Positions 39,477 through 49,633 of a stretch of 64,000 nucleotides of DNA are shown in pieces. The stretch is from Candidatus Latescibacterota bacterium. Its GTDB lineage: Bacteria > Latescibacterota > UBA2968 > GCA-2709665. Each line of letters starts with the position of its first letter. Position 1 is the stretch's first letter. The notes under the pieces were generated by a model. That model was given only the letters and a program-made list of their open reading frames with translations. It ran no database searches and had not been told where the DNA came from. A program made the position numbers and the translations under genes. The DNA lies in the NCBI GenBank assembly GCA_965248435.1, contig OZ252100.1, positions 3,776,001-3,840,000 of the forward strand, written 5' to 3'.

Positions 39477-39535
39477 GCCGTTCTCCCCTCTCCTTTAGGA
39501 GAGGGGCCGGGGGAGAGGTCCAAATTGGAGAGGTT

Positions 39536-40684
39536 GTGACATCTACGGCAGATATCGTGATCATCGGAGGCGGGGTGCAGGGGGCCAGCCTGGCCTATAA
39601 CCTCGCGCGTGCCGGGGCTGGAAAGATCGTCCTGCTGGAAAAGAGACAGATCGCCTCAGGGCCCACAGCTCGGTCCAGCGCGATGATCCGGCCGCTCTTT
39701 ATGGACACCGTCTACATCCGCCTCGTGCAGGAGGCGACCGATCTGTTCGAGCACTGGAGCGACGAGGTGGGTGGCGATCCCGGGTTTGTGCAGAACGGGT
39801 TTCTCCGGATCACAAATACGCTGGATGCGGATGCCCTCGGGGGAGATCTGGACCTGATGAAGGGCCTGGGGGTCGCGTTCGAGGTGTTGAAGGCCGACGA
39901 ACTGTCCCACCAGGAGGCCACCGGGGTGTTCAGAGAAGATGAGATGGGCGTTTTATTTCCCGGTGGAGGAAGCGCCGATCCGATTGCGACGACGCTTTCA
40001 CTGGCTGTGGCTGCCAGACGGAACGGCGTGGAAGTCATCGAGGGCGTGGGCGTCACCGGGATCGGGGTGGAGCAGGGCCGGCTCTACGCGATCCAGACAG
40101 ATGGCGGCGAGATCAACACGCGCGTGGCGGTGAATTGCGGGGGTGCGTGGGGTCACCGGATTGCGGCGCTCGCCGGCGTGCAGCTGCCGATCGAGATTCA
40201 CCGGACGCCGGTCTGTCTGTTCCGCCGGCCCGAACAAATGAGGGCAGAGGGCCCGATCCTGTCCGATGGGGTCAACGAAATCGTTCTGCTCCGGGCTGAC
40301 GAGAAGCAGTTTCGGTCCGGGCTCTTCGCCTGGTCGACGGACCCGGCCGATCCCGACGCTTACGACGAGACGATCAGCCAGGGGCAGCTTGACGCCTTTC
40401 GCAGGGCGCTGGAGCCGCGCTACGCCGGCATGCGGGAGACCGCTTTTTTGGGAGGATTTTCGGCGCTCTACGATATGACCCCCGACGCCCACCCGATCGT
40501 CGGTGAGACCGAAGTGGAAGGATTCTGGAACAACTGCGGCTGGAGCGGCAACGGTTTTGCCAGCGCCCCGGTGTTCGGCCGCTGCCTGGCCGCAGAGATC
40601 GTGGGCAGTTCCGGCAGGGATGAGATCGACATTTCCGCATTCAACTGGCCCCGGCCTCCAGGCATAAAAGAGCGCCATTTGTAA
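39536..40684 (+). CDS. FAD-dependent oxidoreductase (DAO/sarcosine oxidase beta-like)
   Basis: IIGGGVQG, GPTARSSA, YDMTPDAHPIVG, GWSGNGF. Confidence 0.9.
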   Translation: MTSTADIVIIGGGVQGASLAYNLARAGAGKIVLLEKRQIASGPTARSSAMIRPLFMDTVYIRLVQEATDLFEHWSDEVGGDPGFVQNGFLRITNTLDADALGGDLDLMKGLGVAFEVLKADELSHQEATGVFREDEMGVLFPGGGSADPIATTLSLAVAARRNGVEVIEGVGVTGIGVEQGRLYAIQTDGGEINTRVAVNCGGAWGHRIAALAGVQLPIEIHRTPVCLFRRPEQMRAEGPILSDGVNEIVLLRADEKQFRSGLFAWSTDPADPDAYDETISQGQLDAFRRALEPRYAGMRETAFLGGFSALYDMTPDAHPIVGETEVEGFWNNCGWSGNGFASAPVFGRCLAAEIVGSSGRDEIDISAFNWPRPPGIKERHL

Positions 40685-40727
40685 TCGCCCCTTATCTGAC
40701 TGGAGACACAACTTCTGAGAGAGAAGG

Positions 40728-42710
40728 ATGGCGGAATTCCAGACGGCAGTCGAAGAAGGGAAACCTGAACCCGATCTGCGTCGGCCTGCAGAACGGGTCA
40801 CACCCCGGGCATTCGCGCTGGGACTGATCACGATTGCGGGTCTGTGTATCTTCACAGAGAACTACGGCAGGGGCATGGTCCGCAGCTTCATGCCGATCCC
40901 CGCACAGATGATGTTCATGGTCTGGGTCGGGATCTATCTGTTGATGAAGATCGTCCGCTTCCGATTCGCCCTGACCCGCACAGAAGTTCTGGCCATCTTC
41001 GGCATGGCCTGGCTCGTGGGCACCCTGCCCGGGTTGGGACTGGTGGGCAAACTGGTCGCCGACGTCTCAGGTCCGGCCTATTTCTCTTCCCCGGAGGACC
41101 GGTTCTGGGAGGTGGTCGGGCCGCACATGCCCAACTTCCTTTTCTTCGAGCAGGGCAACCCTGCCGTTGACAAATTCTACCTCGGGTTGGCCCCCGGAGC
41201 GTCGGTCCCATGGGGAGAATGGATCACGCGTCTCTACTGGTGGTTCGTCGGGACGGTAGGGGTGGTGATGGCTGGATTCTTCGGGACCGTGATTTTCTAC
41301 AAGCAGTGGGCCCAGAAGGAAAAACTGGCCTTTCCCCTGGCCCACTTCCCCCTGGAACTCCTGAAGGAATCCGGGGGCAGCCGGGTGCCCGACATCTTCA
41401 GACGCAGGGCCTTCTGGGTGGGATTTGCCTGCATGTTCGGGGTGATCGCCTACCAGGTGGCCAGCTGGAAGGTCCTCGCCCTGCCCAAGATCGTGGTGTT
41501 TGAGCATCGAATCTTCAACAACGTAACGATCGCTCGAGACTTCCCGCCGTTCAACACGCGGATCCATCCCTTTCTGCTTGGTCTGGCCTACCACTGCCCG
41601 CTCAACATCCTTTTCAACTTCTGGTTCTTCTACCTCCTGAACATCTTGAGAGAGGGGATCATGAACCGGACAGGGTTTTCCGTCGGCATCGAAGGTCAGC
41701 CGGCCACGCCGAAAGAGATCCTGACCCTGGAGGCTCACGGCGCGCTTGTCATCCTCGTGATCTGGTCGGTCTGGGTGGCCCGGGGTCACCTGAAGGAGAC
41801 TTTCCGGAAGGCCTTTTCCGGGCACAGGTCCGAAGACGACGGGCTGCCGGTTTCCTATCGTATGGCCTGGCTGGGATTCCTGGGTTCGGCGATCTTTCTT
41901 CTGGGCTGGCTGGTCTCGATCGGGTTCAACGTGCCGGTGGCGCTCCTGCAGATGGCGCTGCTCTTCATCATCTATTTCGGGATGGCAAAGTATGCGGCAG
42001 CGACCGGGTTTGTGTTCCTGCGCATTCCCGGAAACAAAGGCGTGGTGATTCTGAAATCCATCCTGGGGACGGCGGACTTCTCGCCGCGAAACCTGGTCGG
42101 GATGATGCTTGTAGATCGGCACGGGTTCGCGGGGCATCCGATACGGATGCTCTCGGTCCCGGCCATCCCGCACTTTTTTCACATGCTGGGCAACGCCCTG
42201 CGCCGCCATCCCCTGGTGACGCTCGCGCTGCCAGCGTCACTCCTGGTTGGCTATACTGTACAGTGCTGGGCGAACATCCAGAACGTCCACACGCACAGCG
42301 GCATGAACGTCGGCATGGTCACTGTCTGGCGATCGATGCTGGGGCAGATCCCCACGATCGAGGGGACCGACCTGACCTACTTCGATCCGGAGAAACTGCT
42401 CGTCTGGATCGTCGGGGGAGTGGAGGCGTCCCTGCTGACCCTCCTGAGCACCCGGTTTGCGGCCTTCCCCCTCCATCCCCTGGGCCTGGCCTTCCCGACC
42501 CTGTACGGGTTCACCGCCTTCCTGATCTGGCTGCCTAAGCTGATCATCCTCCGGTACGGGGGAGTGGCCCTCTACCGGCGCTCGATTCCTTTCTGGTACG
42601 GGCTGATTGTCGGCTACGTCATGGGGAATTGGGCGGGAAAACTGACCGGCATCGCCTTCTTTCCCTACGTCCGGGGCTACGGCTCCTCGATCGGTGTGCA
42701 CTACTGGTGA
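40728..42710 (+). CDS. Polytopic membrane protein, DUF6785/DUF6784-like (putative transporter)
   Basis: Many hydrophobic segments; VTPRAF..G, QW..EKL.FPL, PLHPLG, LRYGG..YRR motifs. Confidence 0.7.
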   Translation: MAEFQTAVEEGKPEPDLRRPAERVTPRAFALGLITIAGLCIFTENYGRGMVRSFMPIPAQMMFMVWVGIYLLMKIVRFRFALTRTEVLAIFGMAWLVGTLPGLGLVGKLVADVSGPAYFSSPEDRFWEVVGPHMPNFLFFEQGNPAVDKFYLGLAPGASVPWGEWITRLYWWFVGTVGVVMAGFFGTVIFYKQWAQKEKLAFPLAHFPLELLKESGGSRVPDIFRRRAFWVGFACMFGVIAYQVASWKVLALPKIVVFEHRIFNNVTIARDFPPFNTRIHPFLLGLAYHCPLNILFNFWFFYLLNILREGIMNRTGFSVGIEGQPATPKEILTLEAHGALVILVIWSVWVARGHLKETFRKAFSGHRSEDDGLPVSYRMAWLGFLGSAIFLLGWLVSIGFNVPVALLQMALLFIIYFGMAKYAAATGFVFLRIPGNKGVVILKSILGTADFSPRNLVGMMLVDRHGFAGHPIRMLSVPAIPHFFHMLGNALRRHPLVTLALPASLLVGYTVQCWANIQNVHTHSGMNVGMVTVWRSMLGQIPTIEGTDLTYFDPEKLLVWIVGGVEASLLTLLSTRFAAFPLHPLGLAFPTLYGFTAFLIWLPKLIILRYGGVALYRRSIPFWYGLIVGYVMGNWAGKLTGIAFFPYVRGYGSSIGVHYW

Positions 42711-42716
42711 AAGGAA

Positions 42717-42770
42717 CGGGTACCGGGGAATCAAAACACGGGTACCGGGGTTCGGGTACCGGGTACCGTA
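42717..42770 (+). repeat. Family A repeat
   Basis: cgggtaccggggaatcaaaacacgggtaccggggttcgggtaccgggtaccg. Confidence 0.9.
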
Positions 42771-42966
42771 ATCGTATCCGCAAAGTGATACGAGGGATTG
42801 ACCCACCCCGCCCCGGCTCAAAAGCACACCGGGCACCCTGGAGAGACGTTTGGTGGAATAATAAAGCCCATTCCTTCGGGGGATGTAGGGGTGGCTGCGA
42901 TGAGTAGAAACTCCATTGTGACCCGCTCCGACCCAGGAGGGGATTTTTTGTGACGATCGAGGTGAG

Positions 42967-44955
42967 TTGGAATCGAACTTTGTACATAGGGAGATGCGTC
43001 CCGATACGGATGCCGATCTAGGGCAGCCTGCTGAACGGGTCACCCCCCGGGCCTTCCTGCTGGGACTGCTCACCATCGCAGGCCTGTGTCTCTTCGCAGA
43101 AAACTACGGCCGAGGCCTGGTGCGGAGCTTCATGCCCGCGACGGCACAGATCATGTTCGTGGTCTGGATCGGGATCTATCTGCTGATGAAGCTCACCCGT
43201 TTCCGGTTCTCCCTGACCCGCACCGAACTGCTGATGATCTTCGGGATGGCATGGCTCGTCGGGACGCTCCCAGGCCTGGGTCTCGTGGGGAAGTTGGTGG
43301 CGGACATCACGGGTCCGGCCTATTTCTCGTCGTCGGAGGACCGGTTCTGGGAGGTGGTGGGGCCCCACATGCCCAACTTCCTCTTCTTCGAGCAGGGGGA
43401 TCCGGCGGTCGATCTGTTCTATCTGGGGCTGAAACCGGGGGAGTCGATCCCCTGGGGCTCGTGGTTTACACGCCTCTACTGGTGGTTTATCGGGACGCTG
43501 GGCCTGGTGATGGCCGGGTTCTTCGGGAGTGTGATCTTCTACAAGCAGTGGGCCGAAAAGGAGCGGCTGGCCTTTCCCCTGGCCCACTTCCCGCTGGAAC
43601 TCCTGAAGGCATCGGAAGGGAGGCGGGTACCCGATATTTTCAGGAACAAGATTTTCTGGATCGGGTTCGCCTGTATGTTCGGCAAGATCTGCTACGACAT
43701 CGCCGGCTATTTCATCCTGGATCTGCCCAAGATTATGGTGATGGAGCATCGCGACTACAACAACATCCCCGTCGCCCGGGACTTTCCGCCGTTCAACGTG
43801 CGCGTGCATCCGTTCCTGATGGGGCTGGCCTACCACTGTCCGCTGAACATCCTGTTCAACTTCTGGTTTTTCTACGTGGTGAACATCGTCAAAGAGGGGA
43901 TGATGAACCGGACAGGGTTCGCCGTGGGACTGGAAGGCCAGCCGGCCACACCGAGGGAGATATTGACTTTGGAGGCACACGGGGCCCTGGTGGTACTCGT
44001 GGTCTGGTCGGTCTGGGTGGCCCGGGGCCACCTGAAGGAGACGTTTCAGAAGGCGTTTATGGGTCTCCGGTCAGAAGACGACGGCGTGCCAGTGACTTAT
44101 CGTGCGGCGTGGCTCGGGTTTCTAGCTTCGGCGGTCTTTATGCTGGGTTGGTTCGTCTCGGTCGGGTTCAACGTGCCCGTGGCGCTGCTTCAGATGGCAC
44201 TGCTTTTTATCATCTATTTCGGTATGGCGAAGTATGCCGCAGCGACCGGTTTCGTGTTTCTGCGGGTTCCCGGCAACAAAGGGGTGTTGATCCTGAAATC
44301 GATCCTGGGAACGGCCGACTTTTCGCCGCGCAACCTGATCGGGATGATGATCGTGGATCGAAACGGGTTCGCCGGGCATCCGATTCGGATGCTTTCGATT
44401 CCGGCCACGGCCCACTTCTTCCGCATGCTGGGGAGTGCCCTCAGGCGCCATCCCTTGATCTTCCTGGCCCTCCCGGTTTCCCTGCTCGTCGGCTATACGG
44501 TGCAATGCTGGGCAAACATCTCCAACGTCCACACCTGGGGCGGGATGAACGTCGGCATGCCGGGTGTCTGGGTGGGGATGCAGAACCAGATTCCCACGAT
44601 CGAGGGGACCGAGCTGACTTATTTTGATTCTGAAAAGCTTTTTGTCTGGGTCTTCGGGGGGATCGAGGCGGTCCTGCTTACCATCCTGGCCTCCCGATAC
44701 ACCACCTGGCCGATCCATCCCCTGGGCCTGGCCTTCCCCACCAATTACGGATTCAGCGCGTTTTTGGTATGGCTGCCGAAATTCATCGTCCTGCGAGTCG
44801 GGGGCGTAAGCCTCTACCGGCGTTCGATTCCGTTCTGGTACGGGATCGTTTTCGGCTACCTGGTAGGGATATGGGCAACCAAGCTGGTGGACATCACGTT
44901 CTTCCCGTTCGTTCGCGCATACGGAACCGCTCACACCGTACACGAGCAGTGGTGA
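42967..44955 (+). CDS. DUF6785-like membrane protein, tandem paralogue
   Basis: High similarity to 40728..42710; TTG start or ATG 42994. Confidence 0.7.
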   Translation: MESNFVHREMRPDTDADLGQPAERVTPRAFLLGLLTIAGLCLFAENYGRGLVRSFMPATAQIMFVVWIGIYLLMKLTRFRFSLTRTELLMIFGMAWLVGTLPGLGLVGKLVADITGPAYFSSSEDRFWEVVGPHMPNFLFFEQGDPAVDLFYLGLKPGESIPWGSWFTRLYWWFIGTLGLVMAGFFGSVIFYKQWAEKERLAFPLAHFPLELLKASEGRRVPDIFRNKIFWIGFACMFGKICYDIAGYFILDLPKIMVMEHRDYNNIPVARDFPPFNVRVHPFLMGLAYHCPLNILFNFWFFYVVNIVKEGMMNRTGFAVGLEGQPATPREILTLEAHGALVVLVVWSVWVARGHLKETFQKAFMGLRSEDDGVPVTYRAAWLGFLASAVFMLGWFVSVGFNVPVALLQMALLFIIYFGMAKYAAATGFVFLRVPGNKGVLILKSILGTADFSPRNLIGMMIVDRNGFAGHPIRMLSIPATAHFFRMLGSALRRHPLIFLALPVSLLVGYTVQCWANISNVHTWGGMNVGMPGVWVGMQNQIPTIEGTELTYFDSEKLFVWVFGGIEAVLLTILASRYTTWPIHPLGLAFPTNYGFSAFLVWLPKFIVLRVGGVSLYRRSIPFWYGIVFGYLVGIWATKLVDITFFPFVRAYGTAHTVHEQW

Positions 44956-44998
44956 AATCCTGAGTGACGCATCTTGAATCTTCGAAGAGGAGCATGAC

Positions 44999-46558
44999 AT
45001 GATCAGGATGGACAGTACGATGCTGCACGTCGGGAAGGTGACGAACACCTTCTTCGACAACCTTTTCATCGAACAGATCCAGGACGTGACCCGGACGGTG
45101 CACTCCCCGGAAAAGGTCCCTGGGCCCCTGGTCAAGAAGGACCGACCGTGGGAGGGCGTCCCGTACCTCACGTGCAATACGTGGAACGTGTTTCGCGACG
45201 AGGCTTCCGGCGAATTCAGGTTCTGGTACGAGGACTGGCACTTCGATCCGCAGGATTTCGCGACCCACAGCAGGTCGGATGGCGGGACGGGGCTCCCTCG
45301 CAGCATTCACGGCGATCCCTACAAGAGCCAGATGTGCTATGCCCGGTCTGAAGATGGCTTGAACTGGGAGAAACCGGAACTGGATTACTTTGAGGAGGAC
45401 GGGCGAAAGACGAACGTGGTCTTCGGCGATCCGGGATTCGGGACGGTGCACGCGGCGACGATCCTTGACGACCCGCTCGAGTCGGATCCGGGGAGGCGCT
45501 ACAAGGTGGTCTACGACCGTCGCTTTCCGGGGAGCCAGGGAAAGCAGATCGAGATCGCCTGTTCGGGGGACGGGATCTCGTGGACGCCGTTCGATAAGAC
45601 CCCGAACTGTGGCCGGTTCGGTCCGAACCTGGGCGACGTGTTGATCCTGACCGCGGACGTGGATTCCGGACTCTACTGCCTCACAAGTCGGCATCCCAGG
45701 GCGGGCGGTATCGCGATGCCGGAAGATCGACCCAGCACGAACAGTTTCCTGAGACCGATCTTTCCAGACGATTATTCGCGGATGAACCGCCGCAGGGTGT
45801 TCAAGCTGGTGAGCAGCGACCTGATCAACTGGTCGCTTCCGCAGCTCATTCTCGCACCGGACGATGTGGATGACAATCTGGACGAGACTTTCTATGGCAT
45901 GGCGCCCATGCGGATTGGCGATATCTACGTCGGATTTCTGAATGTGATTCACGAGGTCCGAAACACGCTGGAGGTGCGACTCGTCTTCAGTCGGGACGGA
46001 TGGAACTGGCGCCAGCTGAACCAGCGCCAGCCCTGGCTGGCCCCGAGTCCCGGCTCCTGGGATCGCACGATGGTGAATATTCCGAACGTCCCGGTCACCG
46101 TCGGTGACGAGCTGTTTGTCTACTACGGCGGGGCGAAGAATCACCACGACTGGTGGATCACGGGGCCTCGGGAGGGACTCGACGTTCCTGAGGCGAAGAG
46201 CCTGGACGAGGTCGAATACGGTCTGGGGTTGGCCAAACTGAGGAAGGACGGGTTCGTTTCGCTGGACGCGGGGTCGACGCGAGAAGGCATTTTGATCACG
46301 CGACCGATCCACACGGATGGTGAGCGTCTCGTCCTGAATGCGGCCTGCGGTAAGGGCGGCAGCATCGAGGTGGAGGTTACGGACGCGGCGGACGGCGTGC
46401 TGGCGGGATGCTCTCGGGCGGAGTGTGACACGTTCTCGGGGGACAGCACTCGGGCGACGGTTACGTGGAAGGGGAAATCCGGTATTGCGCATTCTGGTCC
46501 CCTGCGCCTCCGATTCTTTATGCGCAACGCATCTCTGTATTCATTTGCGTTTGAATAG
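44999..46558 (+). CDS. Beta-propeller glycosidase-like protein (GH32/43-like fold inferred)
   Basis: DRPWEG, SEDGLNWEKP, SRDGWNW, LRKDGFVS. Confidence 0.72.
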   Translation: MIRMDSTMLHVGKVTNTFFDNLFIEQIQDVTRTVHSPEKVPGPLVKKDRPWEGVPYLTCNTWNVFRDEASGEFRFWYEDWHFDPQDFATHSRSDGGTGLPRSIHGDPYKSQMCYARSEDGLNWEKPELDYFEEDGRKTNVVFGDPGFGTVHAATILDDPLESDPGRRYKVVYDRRFPGSQGKQIEIACSGDGISWTPFDKTPNCGRFGPNLGDVLILTADVDSGLYCLTSRHPRAGGIAMPEDRPSTNSFLRPIFPDDYSRMNRRRVFKLVSSDLINWSLPQLILAPDDVDDNLDETFYGMAPMRIGDIYVGFLNVIHEVRNTLEVRLVFSRDGWNWRQLNQRQPWLAPSPGSWDRTMVNIPNVPVTVGDELFVYYGGAKNHHDWWITGPREGLDVPEAKSLDEVEYGLGLAKLRKDGFVSLDAGSTREGILITRPIHTDGERLVLNAACGKGGSIEVEVTDAADGVLAGCSRAECDTFSGDSTRATVTWKGKSGIAHSGPLRLRFFMRNASLYSFAFE

Positions 46559-46582
46559 AAGATAGCAACCCGCGGAATAGAA

Positions 46583-46695
46583 CGGGTACCGGGAAAGCAA
46601 AACACGGGTACCGGGGATCGGGAAAATCAAAAACCAAGAAACACCGCAGAGGCCTGCTCCGGACACTGATCCAGGGCGCAGAGGACGCGGAGAGA
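46583..46695 (+). repeat. Family A + CGCAGAG-type repeat
   Basis: Similar to 1798-1870; caccgcagagg...gcgcagaggacgcggag. Confidence 0.8.
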
Positions 46696-46701
46696 ATTGC
46701 T

Positions 46702-47397
46702 ATGGGAAAGCTTTGGAACAGCGATGAGGAGCTCTTCGAGCTCGCGCGAAAGGAACTGTTTACGGCCGTCGTGGGGGACGTGATGGACAAGATGGGACTG
46801 ATGCACCAGTTCCTCCCTCCACAGATCCAGCCCCTGGACCCCAGCATGGTGACCGTGGGACGCGCGATGACGGTGCTGGAGGAGGACCGTTCCGGGGAAC
46901 TCCCCGACAGCGAGGCAGATGCGGTTGTGGCTAGACCGTTTGGCCTGATGCTAGAAGCGCTCGATGATCTGAAGCCGAATGAGATCTACGTCTGCGCGGG
47001 CGCCTCTCCCCGCTATGCCCTCTGGGGTGAGCTGATGAGTACACGGGCAATGAAACTTGGCAGCGTCGGGGCTGTGGTGGATGGGTACACGAGAGATTCC
47101 GCGGGGATCCTGGCACTCGGGTTCCCGATGTTTTCCTACGGGGCCTACGCCCAGGACCAGGCGCCCCGGGGAAGGGTGATTGATTTTCGGGTCCCGATCT
47201 CGATGGGAGAAGCGGCCATCGAACCGGGGGACATCCTGTTCGGAGACCGGGACGGGGTGTGCGTGATCCCCAGGCAGGCCGAGGAGGAGGCGTTCAACCG
47301 GGCCCTGGAAAAGGCGAGAGGGGAGAAGCTGGTGAAGAAGGCGATCGAGGGGGGGATGGGCGCGGTGGAGGCGTTCGAGAAGTACGGAATCATGTAG
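46702..47397 (+). CDS. RraA/HMG aldolase family protein
   Basis: VVGDVMD, GRAMT, ALWGELM, VDGYTRD, PGDILFGDRDGV. Confidence 0.9.
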   Translation: MGKLWNSDEELFELARKELFTAVVGDVMDKMGLMHQFLPPQIQPLDPSMVTVGRAMTVLEEDRSGELPDSEADAVVARPFGLMLEALDDLKPNEIYVCAGASPRYALWGELMSTRAMKLGSVGAVVDGYTRDSAGILALGFPMFSYGAYAQDQAPRGRVIDFRVPISMGEAAIEPGDILFGDRDGVCVIPRQAEEEAFNRALEKARGEKLVKKAIEGGMGAVEAFEKYGIM

Positions 47398-47527
47398 GGC
47401 ATTGCGGATTGCGGATTGGGGATTTCGGATTGAAAAGCGGGATCACGAAAAGGCGCGAAATTCCACGAAAGAAACACGAAGGGATGAGGAAGTGCGTGAG
47501 CAAGGCGAACAGGGCAGGAGAGCAGCC

Positions 47528-47638
47528 ATGAAATATCGTCCCTTCGGACGGACCGGGCTCGAGGTCTCGGCCATCGCAACACCGCCCAACGACGCAGTAG
47601 GGGTGCTGCACTATTCCAAGCCGTTCTCGCTCGGGTAA
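47528..47638 (+). pseudogene. Aldo/keto reductase remnant (36 codons)
   Basis: MKYRPFGRTGLEVSAI (compare MKHRRFGNTGLEVSEI at 27952) with RBS AGGAG, then an unrelated tail and stop. Confidence 0.75.
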
Positions 47639-47678
47639 CGAATCGGTTGGTGGGAATTCCTCGGCCGGCGCGGTGATT

Positions 47679-47721
47679 GAGACGCCCCATCGGGGGAGAC
47701 GCCCCACCGGGGCGTCTCTAC
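47679..47721 (-). repeat. GTAG-type REP
   Basis: Reverse complement gtagagacgccccggtggggcgtctc; its TAG is the stop of the M24 gene; homologue at 52465. Confidence 0.8.
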
Positions 47722-48875
47722 GGGCGTTGGAAGAGCCTTCTGTCGAGCTTCGTAACGACCTCGTTTCCGTCCTCCGTAATCACGACCGTTTCACTTATCG
47801 CGACTCCATAACGACCGGCATCACGGAGCGAGATCGGCAGGTGAAGGACCATGCCGGGCTCGAAGAGAGTCTGGTCTCCCTTCATCACCCGAACGGGGCA
47901 GTCCGCCCAGGTGGGAGGAAAGCCGAGACCGACGGAATAGGCGAAGGAGTGGTGGAAGATCATCTCCGCGCCGGCCTTCGCGATGGCGGCCTCGCCGATT
48001 TCTGCGGCCTCATCGAAGACTCGCCCGGGCTGCATGGCCTCGATGACGCCGTTGAGCGTCTCCAGGATCGCGTCGGCCATGCGTTTCACCGTCTCGTTCG
48101 GCGGGCCGATGACGACGGCCCGCATCAGGGGGGCGTTGTAGCGGTGGACGCAGCCGCTCAGCTCCAGCAGGATCGTCTCACCTTCTTTCACGCTGACCCG
48201 GCGGTGGTTCCCGTGAGGGATGCCCGCTAGCGCGCCGGCACAGACGACCGGCTGCAGGCACATGTATTCGCTGCCTTCGGATATGAGTGCTTGGTAGGCA
48301 GCAGCCGAAATCTCCTGGTCGCTCGCGCCGGCGTGTGCGGCCTCGACTGCCGCGCCCATGCCCGCGTCGGTGATCGCTGCCGCTTCACGGATGTGGGCGA
48401 CCTCCGCAGGGGATTTCAGGGTCCGGTGTTCCTCGACCAGATTGGCGCAATCCACGATCGTTGCCTCTGGAAAGGCATCCACGATGCGCTGACAGCTCTG
48501 GACCGTCAGGTTTCCGGTGTTCAGCTCCATCCCCAGGCGTTTGTTTCCCAATCCGTATTCATTGAGCATGTCGATGGTGAGGGCGACTGGATCGCCCTGA
48601 GTTTCAAAAGTGAACGTTTTTGTGATCCATGAGCTGACGCGTGCGTTGCCGAGTTCGGAATGCCACAGGATCAGGGCAGGCTCACCTTCGCGTGGCAGGA
48701 GCAGCACGTAATAATCATAGTTGTTGAATGACTGATAGCCGCTCAGGTAGCAGATGTTCGGGAAGTGGTGCACGAGCAGCGCGTCCAGCTGTCGGTCGGC
48801 CATGGACTGCCTGACTCTGGCCACTCGGTCGTTGTACTCCTCCATGCTGAAGGAAAGGTTCGGCGTGATTTCCAT
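47718..48875 (-). CDS. M24 Xaa-Pro peptidase/creatinase/ectoine hydrolase-like protein
   Basis: FSMEEY..RV, NICYLSGY, KSPAE, PHG, LELSG, YSVGLGFPPTW, GMVLH, ISETV. Confidence 0.85.
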   Translation of the reverse strand: MEITPNLSFSMEEYNDRVARVRQSMADRQLDALLVHHFPNICYLSGYQSFNNYDYYVLLLPREGEPALILWHSELGNARVSSWITKTFTFETQGDPVALTIDMLNEYGLGNKRLGMELNTGNLTVQSCQRIVDAFPEATIVDCANLVEEHRTLKSPAEVAHIREAAAITDAGMGAAVEAAHAGASDQEISAAAYQALISEGSEYMCLQPVVCAGALAGIPHGNHRRVSVKEGETILLELSGCVHRYNAPLMRAVVIGPPNETVKRMADAILETLNGVIEAMQPGRVFDEAAEIGEAAIAKAGAEMIFHHSFAYSVGLGFPPTWADCPVRVMKGDQTLFEPGMVLHLPISLRDAGRYGVAISETVVITEDGNEVVTKLDRRLFQRP

Positions 48876-48876
48876 G

Positions 48877-49623
48877 TTAAGTTTCTCTCTCTGTGTTGTT
48901 GTCCACAACCTGGGCCGACGCAAAGAGCGAGCCGACTCCCTGTTTGCGCGGTTCAACCCCCGCCAGCTTCAACGCCTCCCACATTGTTACCTGGTTCGCT
49001 GAGAGTACGGGGCGGTTCAGGTCCCGCTCCAGCACATCCAAGATATCTATTGTGGAGAAGTTTGTACAGCTGACGAAGACGGCATCCGCGCCGTCAAGAG
49101 GAACGCTTTTGACGTACTTCGCGACTTCCTTTGAGGGCACGAGCGCGATGTCGTCACTGTCGAGCTGCATCCCCTTCATCGCGACGACCTCGAAGCCGCT
49201 TGCTTCCAGGAATGTCTTCAGCTTGTCGTTGATCTCGTCCAGGTAAGGCGTGACGACCGCGACTCGCTTCGCGTTTATGGAGCGTAAAGCCTTGACGGCC
49301 GCGGTAGAAGTGGTGGTGGCCGACACGCCGGTCGCCTTCTCGATCCTCTGAATGATGTCCTTGTCTCCCCCCACGCCCCGGACGAAGCTGAACGTCGTAC
49401 AGGCATAGGCGATGCTGCTGAGCCCGATTCTGTCGTATTGCCTTGCTGTCTCCTCGATGTCTGGGGTTTCAGCAAGTTCTATGGCGACCTTGACCGTATC
49501 GTCTCCCCGATGGACCGGGGTCCGGTTCATGAACACGCCGACGTCGTCCGGTACGAACGCCCAGTATTCGTGGTCCAGCAGGCCGTTGCCCGGATAGATT
49601 ACACCGATTCTTGCGCGCCACAC
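48877..49623 (-). CDS. Asp/Glu racemase / maleate isomerase / EutA-like protein
   Basis: RIGVIYP, YACT, VVTPY, FVSCTN, PVLSANQ. Confidence 0.88.
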   Translation of the reverse strand: MWRARIGVIYPGNGLLDHEYWAFVPDDVGVFMNRTPVHRGDDTVKVAIELAETPDIEETARQYDRIGLSSIAYACTTFSFVRGVGGDKDIIQRIEKATGVSATTTSTAAVKALRSINAKRVAVVTPYLDEINDKLKTFLEASGFEVVAMKGMQLDSDDIALVPSKEVAKYVKSVPLDGADAVFVSCTNFSTIDILDVLERDLNRPVLSANQVTMWEALKLAGVEPRKQGVGSLFASAQVVDNNTERET

Positions 49624-49633
49624 GTTCTTGCTC

